DNA of 60,890 nt from an uncultured Planctomycetota bacterium (lineage in GTDB: Bacteria > Planctomycetota > CAZGEP01). The number at the start of each line of letters is the position of its first letter. The first letter of the stretch is position 1. The stretch spans positions 1 through 60,890 of the forward strand of contig CAZGEP010000006.1 of NCBI GenBank assembly GCA_964524955.1, in the 5' to 3' direction. The notes beneath the pieces were generated by a model. The model had not been told where the DNA came from. It did not search any database and saw only the letters and a list, made by a program, of their open reading frames with translations. Positions 16,430 through 26,063 of this stretch are shown one piece after another. A program made the position numbers and the translations under genes.

Positions 16430-17602
16430 ATGAAAATCCTTATCGCCAATCCCGGAAGCACGTCCTTCAAATGCAAACTCCTTGACATGGATCTGGACAA
16501 GACCCTCTTTTCCGCGACCATTGAGCGGATCGGCGATCAAGAGGGGATCTGTACCTTTGAATGGCAAGGGGATGATCCGGTCGTTGAGCATATGGCCATT
16601 GCCGATTATCCGGCTGCACTCCAGCTCACGCTGGACAATCTGAGCAAACGCATGTCCGTGGATGACGTGGCAGCGATTGGATTCAAGACCGTACTGGCCA
16701 AAGACGTAAGCGGATGCGTGGAGCTGACTGACGATGTACTTACGGCCATGGAAGATTACCTTCCCCTGGCACCGGTCCACAACCGGGTCTACCTGGACGT
16801 GATTTATGCGTTTAAACAAGTCACCTCTCTGCCCCTGGTCGCACTCTTTGAAACATCCTTTCATACCGAAATTCCACCGGAAGCCTTTCTCTACGGCATT
16901 CCCTATCGGTATTATGAGAAATACGGAATCCGTAAATACGGATTTCACGGTGCGTCTCACCGATACATCAGCGAATACACCGCTGCGAATCTGGCTGGCG
17001 GACGCACCGACATCACGGTGATCTCCTGCCACCTTGGAGGCAGCTCTTCGGTCAGTGCAATACGAAACGGCGTTTGTGTGGACACCTCCATGGGTATGAG
17101 TCCGCAGAGCGGCCTGCTCAATGCCAAACGCAACGGTGACCTGGACACCTTTGCCCTGCTCTACCTGATGGAGCGCGAACAACTCTCCATTGACCAGGCT
17201 CGCAGCATGCTGATCTCCGAAGGTGGCGTGCTGGGAATCTCAGAGCTGAGTGCGGATTTCAGAGACATCGAGGCGGCCATGGATCAGGGAAACGAGAAGG
17301 CCTGTATTGCGTTCAACACCTTTTGCTATTATGTTCGGCGCTATATCGGTGAATATCTTGCGGTCCTTAACGGTGCGGATTACATTGTCTTTACCGCAGG
17401 CATGGGGGAGAACCAGCCGCGCGTCCGCACGGAGATTATCAAAAACATGGAGAACCTGGGCATCCGCATTGATGAGCAAAAGAACGCACAGAACAGTGAA
17501 ATCATCTCTGCGGCGGATTCCAGAACCACTGTAGCCGTGGTCCCGACCAATGAAGAAAAGATCGTGGCCCGATCAGTCAGAGAATTCATGGAAAACCGGT
17601 AA
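16430..17602 (+). CDS. ackA: acetate/propionate kinase
   Basis: ANPGSTSFK, LAPVHN, FETSFH, YGFHGASH, CHLGGSSS, DTSMG, FTAGMGEN, PTNEE. Confidence 0.95.
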   Translation: MKILIANPGSTSFKCKLLDMDLDKTLFSATIERIGDQEGICTFEWQGDDPVVEHMAIADYPAALQLTLDNLSKRMSVDDVAAIGFKTVLAKDVSGCVELTDDVLTAMEDYLPLAPVHNRVYLDVIYAFKQVTSLPLVALFETSFHTEIPPEAFLYGIPYRYYEKYGIRKYGFHGASHRYISEYTAANLAGGRTDITVISCHLGGSSSVSAIRNGVCVDTSMGMSPQSGLLNAKRNGDLDTFALLYLMEREQLSIDQARSMLISEGGVLGISELSADFRDIEAAMDQGNEKACIAFNTFCYYVRRYIGEYLAVLNGADYIVFTAGMGENQPRVRTEIIKNMENLGIRIDEQKNAQNSEIISAADSRTTVAVVPTNEEKIVARSVREFMENR

Positions 17603-17611
17603 TCCTTCTGA

Positions 17612-18700
17612 ATGAACATTCTTGCACTCGAACCTTATTTCGGCGGCAGCCACCAGTCCTTTCTCAACGGATGGATGGCAGAGAGCAGGCATAACTGGAA
17701 ACGGCTCAGCCTTCCTGCATATAAATGGAAATGGCGCATGCGCCACAGCGCTGTTACCCTGGCCCGGGAAACAGAAGCGCTGCTTGAAGATGGCCGTGCC
17801 TTTGATTTGGTTTTCTGTTCAGACATGCTCAACCTTGCCGAATTCAAGGGACTGGTTCCCCGGGCCGTCCGGGACCTGCCTTCGGTAATCTACTTCCATG
17901 AGAATCAGCTGACCTATCCGGTCCGCAAAGAAGACGAACGGGACTACCACTATGTCCTGTCCAATATGATCGCAGCGCTGGCTGCGTCTGCAGTATGGTT
18001 CAACTCCGGGTTTCACCTGAATTCCTTTCTAAGCGCTCTGCCCGTTTTTTTGCAGAAAATGCCGGATTATAACGGTCCGGAACCGGTCGAACGGATCCGC
18101 AAAAAATCCGCTGTCCAGTACCCGGGCATCCGGATTCAGAAAAACAAGGCATGCGTTTCGAACGGACCGGTACGCATCCTCTGGGCCGCACGATGGGAGC
18201 ACGACAAAAACCCGGAAGACTTCTTTGAAGCTCTCAAAGAGATTAAACGTACGAATACAGAATTTCGACTCAGCGTTATCGGCGAACGTTTCAGAGACTG
18301 TCCGGACGTCTTCACCTGGGCAAGGGAATACTTCAGCGAGCATATTGATCACTGGGGGTTTATCGAGGATCGCAGCCAGTATCATCAGATCCTGAGTCAA
18401 GCTGACATCATAGTCTCTACAGCCCATCACGAGTTCTTCGGCATCAGTGTGATCGAAGCCGCTGCATCGGGCGCAGTGCCGCTGCTGCCCCGGCGGCTTT
18501 CTTATCCTGAACTGTTCGGCGAAAAGGAGGCCTTCTTCTATGACGGCAGTGTCCAGGACCTGGCAGAACAGCTTGCTCAAATCTGCACACAGAAAAGATT
18601 CAGCGAGCGTTCCGAAACGACCGTATCCGCAACCAGGCGTTTTGACTGGCCAGTCCGGGCCCGGGAGATGGATCAGGCCTTGGCGGACTGCCACACCTGA
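17612..18700 (+). CDS. DUF3524/GTDC1-like GT-B glycosyltransferase
   Basis: EPYFGGSH, WKWRMR, YFHENQLTYP, RWEHDKNPE, HEFFGISVIEA. Confidence 0.9.
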   Translation: MNILALEPYFGGSHQSFLNGWMAESRHNWKRLSLPAYKWKWRMRHSAVTLARETEALLEDGRAFDLVFCSDMLNLAEFKGLVPRAVRDLPSVIYFHENQLTYPVRKEDERDYHYVLSNMIAALAASAVWFNSGFHLNSFLSALPVFLQKMPDYNGPEPVERIRKKSAVQYPGIRIQKNKACVSNGPVRILWAARWEHDKNPEDFFEALKEIKRTNTEFRLSVIGERFRDCPDVFTWAREYFSEHIDHWGFIEDRSQYHQILSQADIIVSTAHHEFFGISVIEAAASGAVPLLPRRLSYPELFGEKEAFFYDGSVQDLAEQLAQICTQKRFSERSETTVSATRRFDWPVRAREMDQALADCHT

Positions 18701-18800
18701 TCGTCGACAGTATATGTTCCGTCATTTTTGTCTGGATTAATCAAAAAACACCCGGTATAATCACAGAAATATCAACAACACTTACTCATCTGGAGGTTGA

Positions 18801-20231
18801 ATGATCCGTGAAATAAAACCAGTCACGGTAGACTGCACCCGGAAGACCGGGGAATTCAAGCGGATTCACGGAACCAACGTGGGACCGGTATACCTTCAAG
18901 GTGCCTATGACGCATCCGAGTATTTCAAACAGGCCGGATTTACTACTGTCCGTCTCCACGACTGCCCGTACACCTGTTTTGATGTTGTGGATATTCCCTT
19001 TATCTTTCCGCTCTTCCACCTGGACTGCACGCAGCCGGAAAACTACAACTTCCGCCCCACAGACAGTTATGTGCAGAGTGTACTGGACTGCGGCTGCGGC
19101 ATTGTCTATCGTCTGGGTGTCAGCATTATGAAACGTCCTGAGTTCTCAGGGTACACAGATCCGCCCCCGGATTATGATAAATGGGCGGACATCTGCATTC
19201 AGGTGATTCGGCATTACAACCAGGGTTGGGCAGGCGGCCTCCATCACAACATACGATACTGGGAAATATGGAACGAAGCAGAAAACGGTCCCAAACAATG
19301 GAACGCATCCTACGATGAATTCATCCGCTTCTTTATCACCACAGCCAAACGCATCAAAGCGGCATGTCCGGACATAAAAATCGGTGGGCCGTCCTTTAAC
19401 GGAACGTTTGTACAAAGTCGTGACAAACTGCATACCTTTCTTCCGCTTCTCAAAGAAGCCGACTGTCCACTGGATTTCATCAGCTGGCATGCGTATCCGG
19501 ACCGGGCCGGTCAAATTATTGAGGGAGCCATTGAGGTCAGAGAAATTCTTGATGATTACGGATTCACACAGACCGAGAGTCATCTCAATGAATGGAATCT
19601 TGCCCCCACCGGTGGATTCGCAGAGATGCGCAAAACGCCCGAGAGACAGATGGCGTTTTTTGATTACAAGAATGGACCGGTCGGATGTTCCCTGCCCGCC
19701 TCCTGCCTGATCGCTTTTCAGGATCTGCCGCTGGACATGACCAACTATTACTCATCCAAGAATTTCAACTACGGCATCTTCAAACAGCTGGGAACACCGC
19801 ACAAGCCTTTTTTCACCTTCAAGGCCTTTAACACATTCCTGAATCAATTCCCGGAACGACTGAACGTCTCGGGCAGCGATCCGGACCAGGGTCTCGGTGT
19901 GCTGGCCGGCACAAATCCAGAAAAAGACGCACTGGGCCTGTTTGCAGCCAATCACGGATCAGACAACAAGCAGTGGCACATCCACCTGAATAATCTGTCT
20001 CCGGACATGTCTGCGATTGATTTCAACATCATTGATCAAACCCGCAATCTGGAACCGGCGGAATCCGGAGCCACGCTTACCAAGAACGAATTGATCCTTG
20101 AGCTGCCGCGCCACACCGTCGGACGGGTTACGATCCGGAAACCGGAGATTTCCAAAACAGCACCGGCCCGTGCATCGTCTGAAAAGACAGGCAAGGATAG
20201 TGGTCAGGACAGGAAAGAACAGTGGTATTAG
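18801..20231 (+). CDS. glycoside hydrolase, GH39-like (clan GH-A)
   Basis: VRLHD, YWEIWNE (acid/base), DFISWHAY, LNEWN (nucleophile). Confidence 0.8.
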   Translation: MIREIKPVTVDCTRKTGEFKRIHGTNVGPVYLQGAYDASEYFKQAGFTTVRLHDCPYTCFDVVDIPFIFPLFHLDCTQPENYNFRPTDSYVQSVLDCGCGIVYRLGVSIMKRPEFSGYTDPPPDYDKWADICIQVIRHYNQGWAGGLHHNIRYWEIWNEAENGPKQWNASYDEFIRFFITTAKRIKAACPDIKIGGPSFNGTFVQSRDKLHTFLPLLKEADCPLDFISWHAYPDRAGQIIEGAIEVREILDDYGFTQTESHLNEWNLAPTGGFAEMRKTPERQMAFFDYKNGPVGCSLPASCLIAFQDLPLDMTNYYSSKNFNYGIFKQLGTPHKPFFTFKAFNTFLNQFPERLNVSGSDPDQGLGVLAGTNPEKDALGLFAANHGSDNKQWHIHLNNLSPDMSAIDFNIIDQTRNLEPAESGATLTKNELILELPRHTVGRVTIRKPEISKTAPARASSEKTGKDSGQDRKEQWY

Positions 20232-20312
20232 GCGTTGGCTGAAAAGCTGCTTCTCCGGATGGTTACGCGGAGAAGAAAAAACAAAATGATGTGTTTGTAT
20301 CGGAGATAGACT

Positions 20313-22058
20313 ATTTCTTCACGAATCAGGCTTCTTCTTTTTCTTCTGTCAGTGCTTGCGGGTGTGGTTCTTGTAATCGTCTCCATGGCGGATTACCGTG
20401 CCAGGGCAGGAATTGAGGTCCATTCTTCCGGAAGGCTGGATTTTTCGCCACCCATGAGATCATCCATTTTTCGCAGTTTTCAGGAGTATTCCCGATCCGG
20501 CCGGCTGCGCATCCTGTTTGAAGACAACCGTTCGATATGGATTTACAGCCGCGCAGCTTCACCAAAGCAGGCGCAAAGTATAGCGGACAGGGGGGGCTCG
20601 CGCGCTGCGGACATTATCAGGGAAATCTTTTCTCAACAGAAAGTAGCTCTGCAAAACAAGCTGAATACTGTAAATAAGAAATACAAAGACGCGCAGATGA
20701 AACTTTTCGGTATCAACAGTCAGAGCCTGACCGCTCGGAGTGCTATCGCAAAAAAAGAACAGACGATTTCCGATCTTGAAAAAAAGCTGCAGAATCAGAG
20801 CAAAACGACCACCGTTATTGAAATTGACGAAAATGAATTATGGTCCGCCCGTCTGGAAAAGCTGGAAACCGAGGCCAGAGACCTGAAAAAGGAACTGGAC
20901 GCGGCTGAAAAAAAAGACCCGGCCAAAGCACTGCGTCTTATTCGGATACTCGAAGACCTGATTCCGGACGAGATTGACAGTATCCGGGAAAATATTATAA
21001 AGAACGCAAAATCCAGACAACGTAATCAGACAAAAACAACCAAAACACGCATTGCTGAAGTAAAAGAAGCCCTCGATGCTCTCAAACAAAAAGCAACGCT
21101 GGCCCGGGATTCGGCGCGTAAATTATCCAGAGACATCCGGGACATACTGGAAGAAAAGGACGTCCTGGAGCAGGCATTAATAAAACAGAATTCCATACGC
21201 ATCACATCCCGTCCGGCTGCAGATTTTGATGTCACCCGTCGCTGGCGGCCCGATATGTCCTGGCGGTTCTGGACCGGCGCCGGCTTGATTATGTTCGGCC
21301 TGCTTTTGCTTCTGATTCCTTCGGGACGCTCGGATGTTCTCTGGCGTACAACGGATATTCAATTTACAGATCTTGTCTTCCCGGTTGCTGGATCTGCGGC
21401 CTCTCCCGCGCCAGAAGTACCAAAGACCGGATCAGAGAATCAGTGCATACAAGACCTTATCGAGCGAATGATTACGCAGCTCAGAACGTCGTACTTCTGT
21501 GTGCTGGGTAACGATACGGAGCTGGACAAGAAACGGTGGACCCAGGATCTGGCCTTTGCCATGGCAAAGACAGGAAAACGTACGCTGCTCCTGGATCTGG
21601 ATCTGTTTGGCTCGGGCGTGTACCGTCGCCTGGGCTGCACCAATGATACCGGAGTAACCGCTTATTTGAATGAACAGATCGACATCAGCCTTTCGCCGGG
21701 AAATCCTTTGGATAATCAAACCCTTCTCCGTAAGATTGTGCAGTCCTCAGGAATCGACGGACTGGAGGTCATTGCACGAGGGCCGGATGATCCTGGATGT
21801 GAAGAGCTGTATAAGAGCAGTAACCTCTCCCTGCTGATCCGGGGAGCAGTCGAATACGCGGACATAGTGATCATTGAAGCCCCGTCCCTGGATCACCGGG
21901 AGGATATTGCGCTTCAGCTTGCAAATCTGTGCAGCAGCAGTATCGTGTTCTGCCGTACCGGCAGAACCAATGTGCGCAGGCTGAACAGCTTCCTGGATCG
22001 CCTGCGCAGAAAAAATCCAAAATTCGCAGTGGCAGTGGAAGGGGGAGGAGGGCGGTAA
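20313..22058 (+). CDS. Wzc/BY-kinase-like membrane protein (TM, coiled coil, TM, degenerate P-loop domain)
   Basis: Two hydrophobic segments flank a coiled coil; LAFAMAKTGKRTLLLDLDL and DIVIIEAP. Start is uncertain (ATT 20313 or GTG 20352). Confidence 0.7.
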   Translation: MSSRIRLLLFLLSVLAGVVLVIVSMADYRARAGIEVHSSGRLDFSPPMRSSIFRSFQEYSRSGRLRILFEDNRSIWIYSRAASPKQAQSIADRGGSRAADIIREIFSQQKVALQNKLNTVNKKYKDAQMKLFGINSQSLTARSAIAKKEQTISDLEKKLQNQSKTTTVIEIDENELWSARLEKLETEARDLKKELDAAEKKDPAKALRLIRILEDLIPDEIDSIRENIIKNAKSRQRNQTKTTKTRIAEVKEALDALKQKATLARDSARKLSRDIRDILEEKDVLEQALIKQNSIRITSRPAADFDVTRRWRPDMSWRFWTGAGLIMFGLLLLLIPSGRSDVLWRTTDIQFTDLVFPVAGSAASPAPEVPKTGSENQCIQDLIERMITQLRTSYFCVLGNDTELDKKRWTQDLAFAMAKTGKRTLLLDLDLFGSGVYRRLGCTNDTGVTAYLNEQIDISLSPGNPLDNQTLLRKIVQSSGIDGLEVIARGPDDPGCEELYKSSNLSLLIRGAVEYADIVIIEAPSLDHREDIALQLANLCSSSIVFCRTGRTNVRRLNSFLDRLRRKNPKFAVAVEGGGGR

Positions 22059-22248
22059 AGAGGAACAGTGGCGATTTCAGATAATTCAAGCTGAAAAGAG
22101 GTTATCCTGTTAATCCTGTCTGAGAATTTTTTTGTCTTTTGATTTTGATTAAAGACAATGACTGAAAACTGCGAAGAACGTATTTAGACAGAATCGACCG
22201 AATGAAAAAAATCATTCATCGCCTTTTTTCGGCTTTTGTTTTTGTGCC

Positions 22249-23535
22249 TTACCGCTTTACTTCAGCCAGCATTTTCTCAAAGACATCAAGTGCACGGCTG
22301 CATTCTTCTTCAGTGATGCAGAGTGGGGGTTGGAACCGGATGACATTGGCAAAGACACCGCCTTTTCCAACCAGGATTCCCTGTTCCAGAAGTCCGGCAC
22401 GGATATCGGCTGCCTGCTGGTCTGCGGGTTCTTTGGTTTTGCGGTCTTTGACCAGTTCGATTCCGATCATCAGGCCTTTTCCGCGAACATCGCCGATCAA
22501 TGGATATGTTTCAGCCAGCTCCTGGACACGGTCCATGATCTGTCTGCCGCGCGCCGCCGCGTTTTCAATGAGTTTTTCTTCTGCAAGCACCTGGATGTTG
22601 GCCACAGCGGCTGCGCAGGAGACCGGGTTGCCGCCAAAGGTAGTGAGGTGGTCGCCGGGTTTCATGGCATGGGCGATCTCTTCTTTGGACACAAAGGCGC
22701 TGACCGGAAAGCCGGAAGCAATTCCCTTGGCAAGGGTTATGATATCCACATCTGTATCCGTGTAGTCTTCAATGGCAAACATGCTGCCGCACCGACCGAA
22801 CCCGCTCTGGACTTCATCGGCCACAAAGAGTCCACCGCGGTCCTGTATGATTTTGGATGTAATGGCAAAGAATTCCGGCGGCGGAACCAGGATACCGCCT
22901 TCGCCCATGACGGGCTCGGCAATGAACGCGGCCACGTCATCGGAGGTCTGGCGAAGAATCACTTCTTCAAGTGCCTGGGCGCATGCACAGCCGCACTCAG
23001 GATAGGAGAGTTTGAAGGGACACCGGTAGCAGTAAGGGGCCGGCGAAAAGGACACGCCTGAGAGATAGGGTCCGTTGTTGTGTTTGCGGATGCTGTTTCC
23101 GGTAATGGAAAGGGTGCCGATGGAACGGCCGTGAAAACTCAGGGTCAGGGCTGCGAGTTCCCGCTTGCCGGTGTGCTGTTTGGCCAGGCGCATGGCTCCT
23201 TCCAGTGCCTCGGCGCCGGAGTTGGCCAGAAAGGATCGCTTGAGACTGCCGGGGGTGATTTGTGCAAGTTTTTCCGCCAGTTCACCGACCGGCGGCGCCA
23301 TATATACACAGGAGCAGCAGTGTACAAGTTTTTCCATTTGTTTTTTTGCAGCTTCCAGTATTTTCGGATGACTGTGACCGGCATTGACCACGGCTATACC
23401 GGCAAAGCAATCCAGGTACTTTCTGCCGTTAATGTCGGTGCAGGTGCATCCCTTGGCTTTTTCTATCACTACGGGTTGTGCGATCTTTCCTACCATGGGA
23501 AGGATGTATTCCTTGAATTGTGCTGCGGTATCCAT
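22249..23535 (-). CDS. class III PLP aminotransferase (GabT/AGXT2-like)
   Basis: YLDCFAGIAV, NSGAEA, SFHGRS, DEVQSGFGR, TLAKGIASG, TTFGGNP. Confidence 0.92.
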   Translation of the reverse strand: MDTAAQFKEYILPMVGKIAQPVVIEKAKGCTCTDINGRKYLDCFAGIAVVNAGHSHPKILEAAKKQMEKLVHCCSCVYMAPPVGELAEKLAQITPGSLKRSFLANSGAEALEGAMRLAKQHTGKRELAALTLSFHGRSIGTLSITGNSIRKHNNGPYLSGVSFSPAPYCYRCPFKLSYPECGCACAQALEEVILRQTSDDVAAFIAEPVMGEGGILVPPPEFFAITSKIIQDRGGLFVADEVQSGFGRCGSMFAIEDYTDTDVDIITLAKGIASGFPVSAFVSKEEIAHAMKPGDHLTTFGGNPVSCAAAVANIQVLAEEKLIENAAARGRQIMDRVQELAETYPLIGDVRGKGLMIGIELVKDRKTKEPADQQAADIRAGLLEQGILVGKGGVFANVIRFQPPLCITEEECSRALDVFEKMLAEVKR

Positions 23536-23557
23536 GTGCGTATTCCTGATTAAAATG

Positions 23558-25039
23558 TTATTCGTTTTCCCAGAAACGCTCTACAATGACTTTTTTCTCT
23601 GTAAAGAATTCCACGATAGTCTCTCCCTGGGCCTTGATATGATTGTAGGAGGATTCTTTCATGCCGCCGAAGGGAAAGTAGGCCACCGGCGCCGGAATGC
23701 CTACATTGACGCCGATCATACCGGCCAGGGTTTCGAGCTTGAATTTTCGAGCACTGTACCCGTCCTGGGTGTAGATAGATGCCCCGTTTCCGTACTCGTG
23801 ATCATTAATGATCTTGATGGCTTCGTCCAGGTTTGCGGCCTTGAGAATCACCACAACCGGTCCGAATATTTCGGTGTTGTGAATTTCCATTCCGGGTTTC
23901 ACGTCTGTAAATACGGTCGGCCCCACAAAGAAGCCGTCTTCGCAGCCGTTTACTTTGTATCCGCGGCCGTCCAGGGCCAGGGTTGCGCCTTCGTTGACTC
24001 CGGTTTCGATCAGACCTTCAATCCGCTTTTTGGCTTGCCCGGAGATCACCGGTCCCATGACCATGTCTTCGTCAGCTACGTTCGGATCCAGCGGGTCAGC
24101 AACCATGATATTTTTTGCGGTCTGTACAAACCGTTCGCATACCTTGTTGTAGGTTTCATCGCCCACGGCAACGATTGCAGAAGCGGCCATGCAGCGCTGA
24201 CCAGCACATCCGAAACAGGATGTGACCATGTTGCGAATCATGTTGTCCATATTCGCGTCCGGCATGGCAATCAGATGATTCTTTGCACTGCCCATGGCCT
24301 GGAATCGAATGTTATTTTCACCGCATTTGGAGGCAATGATCTTGCATACCCTGGATGAGCCGACAAAGGAAAGCCCGACAACATCGGGGTGGTCCATAAG
24401 GGCTTCGGAAACCGCCTTGTCGCCGTTGACCATGTTGTAGACGCCTTTGGGGAAGCCCGCTTCTTCAATCAGTTCGGTGAGCAGCGTCATGGTGCAGGGA
24501 ACCTGCTCAGAGGGTTTGACAACGTAGGTATTTCCCGAGGCAAGAGCATAGGGTAGAAACCAGAAAGGAACCATGGCCGGAAAGTTAAAGGGCGCGATCA
24601 TGGTATATACCCCGCGCGGCAGACGGAGGTATTCGGTGTCAATCCCGGAGGCGCAATCGTTTAATTTTCCACCCTGCTGCAGCGTGGGCATACCGCAGCT
24701 GACTTCAATGTTCTCTATCACGCGCTTGAGTTCTGCGGTTGCGTCCGGAAGCGATTTGCCCATTTCCTCTGTGAGTGTCCGAGAGACATCGTCTTCTCTC
24801 TTTTTAACAATATCCGCGAGTGCGAAGAGATATTTGCATCTGCGGGAGACTGGCATGACCGACCATTCCGTAAAGGCATGGTGAGCCGCGTCAACGGCTT
24901 TTTTTACGTCTTCGCTTTCAGAGAGCGGGGATTGGGCAATGACCTTGGCTGTAGTGGGGTTCTCCACGTCAAGATACCTGTCCGAAACCGGTTTTACCCA
25001 TTTCCCATTAATATAATTTTTTAGCTTTTTTACAGACAC
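23558..25039 (-). CDS. mmsA: CoA-acylating (methyl)malonate-semialdehyde dehydrogenase
   Basis: IAPFNFPAMVPFW, KPSEQVP, SFVGSS, AKNH, FGCAGQRCMA, EIFGPV, YGNGASIYT. Confidence 0.9.
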   Translation of the reverse strand: MSVKKLKNYINGKWVKPVSDRYLDVENPTTAKVIAQSPLSESEDVKKAVDAAHHAFTEWSVMPVSRRCKYLFALADIVKKREDDVSRTLTEEMGKSLPDATAELKRVIENIEVSCGMPTLQQGGKLNDCASGIDTEYLRLPRGVYTMIAPFNFPAMVPFWFLPYALASGNTYVVKPSEQVPCTMTLLTELIEEAGFPKGVYNMVNGDKAVSEALMDHPDVVGLSFVGSSRVCKIIASKCGENNIRFQAMGSAKNHLIAMPDANMDNMIRNMVTSCFGCAGQRCMAASAIVAVGDETYNKVCERFVQTAKNIMVADPLDPNVADEDMVMGPVISGQAKKRIEGLIETGVNEGATLALDGRGYKVNGCEDGFFVGPTVFTDVKPGMEIHNTEIFGPVVVILKAANLDEAIKIINDHEYGNGASIYTQDGYSARKFKLETLAGMIGVNVGIPAPVAYFPFGGMKESSYNHIKAQGETIVEFFTEKKVIVERFWENE

Positions 25040-25049
25040 CTCTTTCTCC

Positions 25050-26063
25050 TTAGAAAATCTTGTTCAGTTTCGTGATATTCGCTTTCAGCCACGCTAGCCA
25101 CTTTTTTTCAAAATCTTGCAGACTCACCCCAAAGGATTTTTCAAAGCATTCGTTCTGGTATGTTACGGATTTCATGTATGCAGCCATCAGGTCTTTCTGG
25201 TCTTTTCCTTTTTTTTGAGCCGCCATAGCCAGAACGTTCTCAATATGCGGATCTTTCTTGAGCAACTGAATGAATTTTACCATTTCCCTGGGTTTGTATT
25301 TTGCCATAAAGGCAACCACAACCCAGGCAATGGCATATCCTTCATGATCCGAGGGAGCCATAGTATACTGCTGAGACAATTGCGTGAGCGACCGCAGGGA
25401 ATTGGTGCGAAGCCGCATGGTAATCAGGCTGATGAAATGCCGCTTGGTGTTGATGTGCCTGGCCAGGTGCGGGGCACTGGTCTGCGTGATATGAAAGGCC
25501 ATAAAATTGGCCAGTCCTTCGTTGAGCCAGGGACGGATACGAACCTTGGTTTTGTAAAACTGCAAGAAGGCATGCGTGACTTCATGGCAGAGCACTTCAT
25601 ACATCCAGGCGTCCCTGGCATTGGGATTGGATTGGTTGGACTGGTACGGCATGTTGATATGAACTTCATTTCCGCGAAAGGCGAAGTAGCCACCGGCCGC
25701 ACTTGCATTGAAATTATCAAAATACTGGGCAAATTTGACAAAGTTGGCTCGGTTGTTCCAGAAATATACCAGCAGTTTACCGTCCCATAATTTGTCCGTT
25801 GAGTTCATTCGGAATGTTTTCTTGAATTTGGCATACAGCCCTTCCAATACCTTGGGAAGCTGCTTGGTGAATTTGTTGGCCTGGATATCGTAGTGGACAA
25901 TGAAATGCTTGGTCTCTCCGGTTTTGAGGTGGGTTCCGAGTTTCTCATTTATGGTGTTGGCCATATTCTGCTGTTTCTTGATTACGGCGGCGTCATCGCA
26001 GAAAACAGCAACACTGAATGCAGTCAGGCATGTCAAAACTATAATGGATTTCATACAGGTCAT
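25050..26063 (-). CDS. secreted peptidase MA-like (gluzincin-type) protein
   Basis: Signal peptide; HEVTH followed by PWLNEGLA. Confidence 0.75.
   Translation of the reverse strand: MTCMKSIIVLTCLTAFSVAVFCDDAAVIKKQQNMANTINEKLGTHLKTGETKHFIVHYDIQANKFTKQLPKVLEGLYAKFKKTFRMNSTDKLWDGKLLVYFWNNRANFVKFAQYFDNFNASAAGGYFAFRGNEVHINMPYQSNQSNPNARDAWMYEVLCHEVTHAFLQFYKTKVRIRPWLNEGLANFMAFHITQTSAPHLARHINTKRHFISLITMRLRTNSLRSLTQLSQQYTMAPSDHEGYAIAWVVVAFMAKYKPREMVKFIQLLKKDPHIENVLAMAAQKKGKDQKDLMAAYMKSVTYQNECFEKSFGVSLQDFEKKWLAWLKANITKLNKIF

Noticed and set aside
20286-20312. ATG at 20286 with in-frame TAG at 20307, considered as amber read-through or pyrrolysine
   Set aside because: No pyl genes or other read-through cases in the window, and TAG ends several genes normally. 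An ATT or GTG start is simpler.
22101-22122. ATCCTGTTAATCCTGTC short tandem repeat between convergent genes
   Set aside because: Too short and seen once here; probably a small interspersed repeat.
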